Below are positions 55,814 through 64,000 of a stretch of 64,000 nucleotides of DNA, piece by piece (positions within the stretch are counted from its first letter, which is position 1; each line of letters opens with the position of its first letter). The stretch spans positions 4,154,001-4,218,000 of the forward strand of contig OZ024749.1 in NCBI GenBank assembly GCA_964016885.1. The letters run 5' to 3'. Under the pieces are notes generated by a model. The model worked only from the letters and a program-made list of their open reading frames with translations, was not told the DNA's origin and made no database searches. The translations under genes were made by a program, and so were the position numbers. The stretch comes from Eledone cirrhosa (lineage: Eukaryota).

Positions 55814-56004
55814 TTTAATATAGAAGAGCTTCTACAGGACTAGAACTGTTTCATTCGTGAGAAATCATCAGGAAGCTCCCTGATGATTTCTCAGGATTGA
55901 AACAGCTCAAGTCCGGAAGAAGCTCTTCTATATTAAACTTTATACTATGCTATGTATTGAGTACCTTACTTAATGTGGTTACCTCCGATTCAACCCGTAA
56001 TAAC
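55814..56004 (+). mobile_element. Family C pLTR foldback
   Basis: 55814-55937 imperfect palindrome; tail as in 40692-40757. Confidence 0.85.
55827..55877 (-). ncRNA. Type I hammerhead (family C), intact; the + strand partner is decayed
   Basis: Minus: AGCTTC-CTGATGA-tTTCtcacGAAt-GAAA-CAGttctagtcCTG-TA-GAAGCT. Confidence 0.78.
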
Positions 56005-56113
56005 TTATGTACATATATATAATCAAAGATTAATATGACAAAAGATTACTCTGCCAATACGGGAATTGAATAATTAAGACCGTAGCAGTATCTCATATAT
56101 CAAATCATATATG

Positions 56114-56276
56114 TTGTCTGATGAGGACGTACTGAAAAAAACAGCACAGTACCTTTGAAATATATATAATTGTTTCTACTTTAGGCACAAGGCCAGCAAT
56201 TAACCAGTACATTACTGGTACTTTATTTTATCGACCCCGTAAGGATGAAAGGCAAAGTTAAGATCTGCATAATAAA

Positions 56277-56277
<1 letters not shown>
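56114..56277 (+). ncRNA. Hammerhead (35321 family) split by a SINE fragment (56171-56261, minus)
   Basis: CTGATGA-ggacGTACTG..CAGTACcttt-GAAA-TATATA-TA-AT[SINE]ATAATAAAGTAT. Confidence 0.65.
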
Positions 56278-56369
<92 letters not shown>

Positions 56370-56514
56370 CATATAGATGCATACATATATATTTATATAT
56401 ATATATGCATATTAACGCCCAGCCAGAAGGACGGCGTTATCTTATGGCTGGAACAGCACGACGTGCTGACCAGCGGCGCCAATTGGCGCCTGACAGACTG
56501 GTCGGTCAAGGTGA

Positions 56515-58190
56515 TTAATGGGAATGGAGCATTTGTTTTTGGTTGTTAATGGTATCTAACCAGAGCTCTGTGTCTAGTACAGGTAATCGATGGTTGGGGT
56601 GTCTACTTGGGTAGTCTATAGTAACTATAATGCGCTGGTGGATGGAGTTTGCTATTTGCTGGATGCTTTCCATCGTGTTTTTCTCTAGTTCCTGACTTTT
56701 CTCTAGTGGGGGTGTCTTAACTACGATGTTTATATCATCTACGTAGCGGGAGTACATTATCAGGGTTAAGCTGTCTTCTAATTGTTCTTTAAGTTTTGTT
56801 CTTTAAGATTACTTGTACTAGACACAGAGCTCTTTTTAGATACCATTAACAACCAAAAACAAATCCTCCATTCCCATTATGCCAAACCCATGACTTCCAA
56901 ACATCTGATCCACCGAAACTCGGCCATTTCGGACCATACCAAAATCAACATACTGATTGCGGATTTGGTACGGGTGATGAGAAATGTGTCCCGCATGTGC
57001 AACCCCGATGAACAAGAGAGACACATACAACACTTCATCCACCGTATGCAGTTCTCTTGCTACAATCAGAGAGATAGAATCAGAGTGTATAGAGGAGCCA
57101 GAACCAAATGGGAAAAAATGGTAAATAATGACATAAATGGGACCTGACCCTTGTATAGGAGCAAATTTTGGAATAGAATAGAAAGAACTAGGAACAAGGC
57201 CAATAGAATAAACTCATGGTATGATAGCAATAAATACCAGAGTGTAATGTTCATCAATACAACCCCTAGAGGCGAACTAGCCTACAAATTTAGAAGGGCC
57301 CTAAATAACATAAATTCAATATTAAGATAGTAGAAAGACCAGGTACCTCCGTAAAGACACTTATTAGCAAGACATACCCGTTCCAAATCTCCTCATGTAT
57401 AGATAAGAAATGTATAACCTGTAAAATAAGCACCCATATTAACTGTAAAACTAGAAATGTAGTGTATAGCATAAGATGTACTGAAGGACAATGTAGAAAT
57501 AAAAATATAGTCTACATAGGTGAGACAGCTCGTAGTATAGGGGAACGGATAAATGAACACTGGCGAGAGCTTCAAGATAATAAAGAATCATCTGTACTCT
57601 ACCAACATGCTAAGATAGAACACAAGGGTAAATTAGAGAACATAGAAATAAAAATAGAATCCACACACAGAAAAGATGCAATGTTTAGGCAAATTACAGA
57701 GGCAGTAAGCATAAAAGAATTACAACCAAAACTAAATAGAAAATATGAGTGGAACAGCAAGATCACAACTTACAATTAAGGACAAAATGAAAACACACAC
57801 ACACACATAGAACAAACAACCAACCAGCAACATGTAAATAAATAAACAAATAGATAAATGAACACAAACACACACAGACACCCGGATGTGGCGCATGCGC
57901 AAACTGAGCACACAACACACACACACAGAAACAAAATGGCGTAGGACAGAAGAAAGGAAAGGCACAGAAACAAAGAGAGGAATCCCCAGTCACTGAAGAG
58001 GTCACAGAGTGTGTGACGAAAGGACTATGACTATATATAAACAACTATCTGGTTGTGGAACCAACCAACCAACCAGAAATTTATAAGTTTGTAGATATGT
58101 AAATTTATAAATTTATAAATGTATAATAAATTGAGGTGAAAGCAACTGGTGCGTGTGTTTCTTATTGGCAACAAGACCCTCCCAAAGTAT

Positions 58191-58197
<7 letters not shown>
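56515..58197 (+). mobile_element. 5'-truncated and inverted PLE related to 43885-47251
   Basis: Minus 56515-56757: YSRYVDD. Plus 56812-57779: HSHYAKPM.., NCKTRNVVYSIRC, VYIGETARSIGERINEH, RQITEAV..LNRKYEW. The 3' end AAGTATAACAATAT is shared with 47238-47251. Confidence 0.92.
57988..58032 (+). ncRNA. Ultra-minimal type I hammerhead in PLE 3' pLTR
   Basis: AGTCA-CTGAAGA-gGTCACAgagtgTGTGAC-GAAA-GgaC-TA-TGACT. Confidence 0.78.
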
Positions 58198-58259
<62 letters not shown>

Positions 58260-58904
58260 TATACTTACATAAATAAATGCATATATATATATATATTAGA
58301 AAAGAGAAGTGAGGTTCTATACAAAACAGTGGGTATAGAGAATATATGAAGTTGGAAATCGCACGGGAGATATGTTTAAGGGTCTGTTTTCTTTTTTGAT
58401 TCGTCAAAGTGACTTTATTGAAAAGATAGTGTTATTAAAAATATAGTGTTATTAAAAATAGAGGGTCAATTCTTTTTTGAAAATATTTCATGGAGCATAT
58501 AAAGGGTATGGAAAAATTACCGGTTTCGATGTATTAAAATCCATATTGTAAAATTCACTGAAAAAAGGTAATTAAAAAGGGAGTAAAAAAGTGTTTAAAA
58601 TTAAAATTAAAATAAAAAAACGAGTGGTTGAGCAAAATTTCTTCCATCATGCCTTCTGAAAATTCGGCATGGAATGAAGCCAAGTTGTTTTGTTTAATCT
58701 AGTGGTCAATAGTTCAAAAGGGGTAGGGGTTGTAGGAGCTGACTACTGCTGTAGGAGCTGACTACTGTGGTAGGTTGGTATGTGTACATACACACACGCA
58801 CATGTATAGAGAGAGTGTGGGTGTGTATATACAGCAGTAGACGCATGTGAGAATGTGCGTATATGTATGCGTATATATGTGTGGGGTTGCTGTGTGTGTG
58901 TGTG

Positions 58905-59780
58905 TTTTTTTACAGTTTGTCTGTTAAAGTTACTTGTGCAGAGGGGAATTAAGAAAAAGTTCCTTTCTGTTCAAAATTCAGTAGATTGACAAAAGTTAAG
59001 AGCTGAAATCCAAAGGATTCCCAGAAACCAAAAATTTAAAAATTTAAAATTAAAGATTAAAGAAGTTAAGAGAGTCAAGAGAACTCTTTCAAAAACCTTC
59101 AAAAAATACCTTTCAAAAGAAACCTTAAGAAGTATTACCCTCCAAAAATTCATTCTTTAGAAGAAATTTTTTAAAAGATCTTAAAAAATCTTTTTAAAAA
59201 ACGAGACATAGTGCGTGTATATATAAATATGAATGTGCAAATAAATAAATATATGCACAGAGGGAATTATGTAACCTTTTTACTTCAAAATTCCGAAAAT
59301 TGTGTGCTTTTACAGTTTGCCTGTTAAATTTACTTTTTCAGAGGGGAACAAAGAAAAAATTCTTCACTCTCCAAAATTCAGAGAATTGACAAAAGTTAAG
59401 AGCTGAAAGCCAAAGGATTCGCAGAATCCAAGAACTTAAAAATTAAAGAAGTTAAGAGAGTTAAGAGAACTCTTCCAAAAAACTTCAAAAAGAACCCTTC
59501 AAAACGAGCCTTAAAGAAACTCTCTCTCCAAAGAATCATTCTTAAAGAGAAATTCTTAAAAGATCCTAAAATTTCTCTCCAAAATCGAAACACAGTCCGT
59601 GCATATATATATAAATTAATGAGTAAATAGATAAATATATACATAAATATATACATACAGAGGGAATAAAGTACATTTTTTTCCCGCAAAATTCCGAAAA
59701 TTGTCAAAGGTTAAACTAAGAGCCAAAGGGTTCTCAGAATCCAAAAGTTTAAAAATTAGAAATGTTTTTTTTTTCTAATT
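58905..59780. repeat. About 400-bp diverged tandem duplication plus partial third unit
   Basis: TTTTACAGTTTG.CTGTTAAA at about 58908 and 59308; AAAATTCCGAAAATTGT at about 59287 and 59688. Confidence 0.8.
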
Positions 59781-59787
59781 TTTAATC

Positions 59788-60041
59788 ATATGTGGTGGTT
59801 GTCAACATAACTATATAGGACAGACGGGTGTTTACACAAAAGAATGACCATCCATCGCCAACAAATCCGAAACGCAACGAACATCCCCTTAAGCAACCAC
59901 ATTGCAGATTGTGCAGGAACGACTCTCCCCAACTTTAAAATCTTCCCCCGGTAAAAATGCTCTGATTCTTTCACTCAACAACAAAGAATAAATAAGGAAA
60001 AACTATTTATTAATAAATTTAAACCCAAACTAAATATGTAA
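59788..60041 (+). pseudogene. Neptune-like PLE GIY-YIG C-terminal fragment
   Basis: YIGQTG..TKRMTIHRQQIRN..IPLSNHIADCA..FKIFP, QRINKENYFINKFKPKLN; homologous to 52653-52930. Confidence 0.8.
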
Positions 60042-60158
60042 TCACCCTAATTAGTCCGCCCGCCACGCCCACACACACGCGCACTAAAAATACATTTTTT
60101 TCTAATTTTTAAACTTTTGGATTCTGAGAACACTTAGGGTCTTAGCCTTTAACTTTTC

Positions 60159-61427
60159 TGGAACGTAAGAGATGGGAAAGTAAGAGATGGGAAGGTAAGA
60201 GACTGGAACGTAACATACTGGAACGTAAGAGACTGGAACGTAACATACTGGAACGTAAGAGACGTGAACGTAAGAGACGGGAAGGTAAAATACTGGAACG
60301 TAAGAGACTGGAACGTAAGAGACGGGAACGTATGAGACGGGAACGTAAGAGACGGGAACGTAAGAGACGGGAACGTAAGAGACGGGAACGTAAGAGACGG
60401 GAACGTAAGAGACGGGAAGGTAAGAGATGGGAACGTAAGAGATGGCAACGTAAGAGACAGGAACGTAAGAGACTGGAACGTAAGAGACGGGAACGTAAGT
60501 GACTGGAACGTAAGAGACAGGAACGTAAGAGACCTGAACGTAAGAGACTGGAACGTAAGAGACTGGAACGTAAGAGACGGAAACGTAAGAGACTGGAACG
60601 TAAGAGACAGGAACGTAAGAGACGTGAACATAAGAGACTGGAACGTAAGAGACGGGAACGTAAGAGACAGGAACGTAAGAGACGGCACGTAAGAGACTGG
60701 AACGTAAGAGACTGGAAGTTAAGAGACTGGAACGTAAGAGACTGGAACGTAAGAGACTAGAACGTAAGAGACAGGAACGTAAGAGACGGGAACGTAAGAG
60801 ACTGGAACGTAAGAGACTGGAACGTAAGAGACGGGAACGTAAGAGACTGTAACGTAAGAAACGGGAACGTAAGAGACTGGAACGTAAGAGACGGGAACGT
60901 AAGAGACTGGAACGTAAGAGACGGCACGTAAGAGACTGGAACGTAAGAGATGGCAACGTAAGAGACTGGAACGTAAGAGACTGGAAGTTAAGAGACTGGA
61001 ACGTAAGAGACTGGAACGTAAGAGACTAGAACGTAAGAGACAGGAACGTAAGAGACGGGAACGTAAGAGACTGGAACGTAAGAGACTGGAACGTAAGAGA
61101 CGGGAACGTAAGAGACTGTAACGTAAGAAACGGGAACGTAAGAGACTGGAACGTAAGAGACGGGAACGTAAGAGACTGGAACGTAAGAGACGCCACGTAA
61201 GAGACTGGAACGTAAGAGACGGCACGTAAGAGACTGGAACGTAAGAGATGGCAACGTAAGAGACTGGAACGTAAGAGACTGGAACGTAAGAGATGGCAAC
61301 GTAAGAAACAAGAACGTAAGAGACTGGAACGTAAGACATGGCAACTTAGGAAACGGGAACGTAAGAGACTGGAACGTAAGAGATGGCAACGTAAGAAACG
61401 GGAACGTAAGAGAGAGGGACGTAAGAA
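60159..61427. repeat. 15-bp minisatellite (GGAACGTAAGAGAC[T/G]), roughly 85 units
   Basis: Direct periodicity. A diagnostic variant block is repeated at a 269-bp offset (GAAGTT at 60715 and 60984). Confidence 0.95.
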
Positions 61428-62101
61428 ATATACCACAAGGTATTGTGTACGATACTTAATCGTTTCTTCAACTTAGATTGTCTTTGAAGAAAAGGTATAA
61501 AAACATGAGTAATAAAGTTGTATATATTCTGTTCCGTCTTCACAGTTTAATGTTTATGATAATTTTGTTGCTCGCTATTTGATTATATTTACAAATATGA
61601 ATAAAAGAATAAGGAGAGGTTATTATATATTGACACTGTATTTCATATTTAATAGAGGTTTCAGTTGTTTTTCTTTTTTCTACTCGTCTATTTCATCCAC
61701 CTGCGTTTCATAATGTTACCAGTGATTTCTTTTCTTATCTATTCTTTTCCTTCGTCAGTGATTGTAAAATGATGTTCTGTAACACCATTTCTATTAAACT
61801 GACATATGTATGTGTGTCGAAAAACTGTTACAACCAGATGCGCTAGCTAACGCAAATCTAGCTACTTTCCGACATATTGTGATTCGAAGATTGTCTTCGC
61901 TGAATGGAAAATAGAGAATATTTAATAGCATCATATCTGATAAAACGTAGGACGACCTCAACTGAAGAATAATGAATTAATTCAACAATATGGAGAATTT
62001 TAATGGAAAAGTTGTATGAGGTTGGTTTATGTATTTCATTTATGAGATACTTGGTGTGAAATAATTTATGAAAAAAAATATATATATTGGGTATTTTACC
62101 T

Positions 62102-62207
<106 letters not shown>

Positions 62208-62256
62208 TATATAGTGACGAAACATAAGTCAATTGCATGAACCGATAATCCTTTAT

Positions 62257-62316
62257 TTACTGCTATATATATTTCGATGATAGCCATTGAATGGCTATGA
62301 CCTCATCAGGCAGTTA
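62257..62316 (-). ncRNA. Minimal type I hammerhead ribozyme
   Basis: Minus: ACTGC-CTGATGA-ggtcATAGCCATtcaATGGCTATcatc-GAAA-TATATA-TA-GCAGT. Confidence 0.85.
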
Positions 62317-63323
62317 GTCAGTTATTATATATACATATAACCGGGCGATGCGTTATGTCCGTGTGCAATACACTTTATTTTACGTTGCTCCTTCTACCTG
62401 GAGTTGCGACCGATAAATAGTATTACCAATTGGAAAGACCAATGGAAACACTGTTTCCTCGGTCCGATTTGAAGAAAGTCGATCGACTGTCGATATATAT
62501 ATATTGGGAAGGTGTTGTTGCTGACCAAGACACACTAGAAGTTGACGTCAATTTTCCTTCAGTTATGAATTAGTTAGTTGTTGTATCGGTAGAGCATCGG
62601 ATAACATGTTTTGGGGCATAGAGTCACGTCCATTTAATTACTCTGTTCACATCTCGCTGACGTTACCATTCATCTTTACGAAGTCGATTACATGACGTAT
62701 CAGTAACGCACTACGTTCGATTTAATAGACTTTCACCTTGCTTTCAAATTACTGGCATTGAATGACATGTAGAAACAATTACTAGTTAGGTAAATGTATT
62801 TGGTAGACAACTAATAAAAAACCGAAGTTTAACTCAGCATGTGAAAGTGTTTTATTGACAACGTGGTATGAACGCCGTTTGAAAATGCTTGAAGAAAAAT
62901 ATATAAAATTTGGTATATGAAATATAGAACCACATAATGGATGTATTAAACTGAAAGTCTCAGGAGAAGTTTGTCATAATAAAGATTCTTGTGAAGATAT
63001 TCTATTTTCATAGTTATTCCTGGTAATATTGGGAGATTTTACTAATTAGCGACTAGAGAGTTAAGCAGTAATATTCACTCAACAGTATAGAGCACTGTCC
63101 ATGACCTATGCACTATGATATAGATAATGTAATTATCAGATCAATAATGTCTACTCTATTGCAGTATTGGATGGATTTCATACAGAAATAATCTACAAAT
63201 AAACTTAACTTATGAAACATGAACTAGTGAGCTAGAACAAACACCGAATCAGATTTAATCCCACTTCTTAAGCACTTTATAATTAAAATACTGCTATCAG
63301 AGTATTGTTATTACTTTTGACAT

Positions 63324-63548
63324 AGGGCGGTGAATTGGCAGTATCGGTAGAGCGTCGGACATCTTGCTTTGCGGAATAGAGTTACGGCCTTTTACATCAT
63401 CAGTTCAATTCTTGCCGAGCTTAGCTCAGTCTTTCTTCCTGACGGAGTTAACACATAAATCACTAGTAATACACTGAGGTCGATTTAATCGACTTTTCCC
63501 TCCCCTTCAATTGGGTCTAAAGATTGTGTCTAAAATAGGAACAATTAT
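63324..63548 (+). mobile_element. SINE (190-bp family)
   Basis: AGGGCGGTGAATTGGCAGTATCGGTAGAGCGTCGGAC..AGTTCAATTC..GCCGAG. Confidence 0.8.
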
Positions 63549-63580
63549 TTCTTGTGACATAAATTGCCCACAACTCATTA

Positions 63581-63967
63581 GTGTGTGTGTGTGTGTGTGA
63601 GTATATGTGTGTGTCTGTGCATGGGTGTGTGTGGGTCTGCGTGTGTGTGTGTATATAGGTGTATGTCTGTGCATGAGTGTGTGTGTTTGTATGAGTGTGT
63701 GTCTGAGTATATGTGTGTTTTTATATAAGTCTGTGTGTGTGTGTGAGTATATGTGTGTTTGTGAATGGGTGTGTGTGTTTTTGTGTGTTTGTGTATGTGT
63801 GTGTTTGTGTATGAGTGTGTGTATGTGTTTTTGTATGAGTATGTCTGTTTGCGTGTGTGTGTGTGTGAGTATATGTGTGTTTTTGTGTATGAGTATGTAT
63901 GTGTGTGTGAGTATATGTGTATGTGTATGAGTATGTGCGTTCGTGTATGAATGTGGGTGTGTGTGTA
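63581..63967. repeat. Imperfect (TG)n microsatellite (one example of the dozens of TA/CA/GA tracts in the window)
   Basis: Direct. Confidence 0.95.
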
Positions 63968-64000
63968 TTCGAATTCACTGAGTTGTGGGTAATTTATCAC

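Noticed and set aside
58515-58530. Minus-strand GAAACCGGTA hammerhead 3' half
   Set aside because: No matching CTGANGA or stem I found
60159-61427. CRISPR array or VPVSY-repeat protein
   Set aside because: Contiguous 15-mers without unique spacers, no cas genes, eukaryotic context; 14-bp units shift the frame

Overview
AT-rich, (TA)n/(CA)n/(GA)n-saturated eukaryotic non-genic DNA. The SINE and repeat types suggest a coleoid cephalopod such as Octopus (inference). I found no credible host exon, and almost all listed ORFs are microsatellite or minisatellite artefacts. The window is dominated by Penelope-like retroelements (PLEs: RT plus C-terminal GIY-YIG) of at least three types, with inverted pseudo-LTRs, mostly sitting in (TA)n tracts. 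It also holds many ORF-less pLTR remnants, several folded into palindromes. About 20 minimal type I hammerhead ribozyme motifs (stem I-CTGANGA-stem II-GAAA-short, often palindromic stem III-UH-stem I) from about 12 distinct sequence families can be read directly, including head-to-head pairs on both strands of one palindrome. Other content: tRNA-derived SINEs with TSDs, RTE and Tx1/L1 LINE fragments, a Helitron-like repeat carrying a SINE, and 38-bp, GGT-rich and 15-bp minisatellites. All calls were made by eye. Ribozyme activity and clade names are untested.
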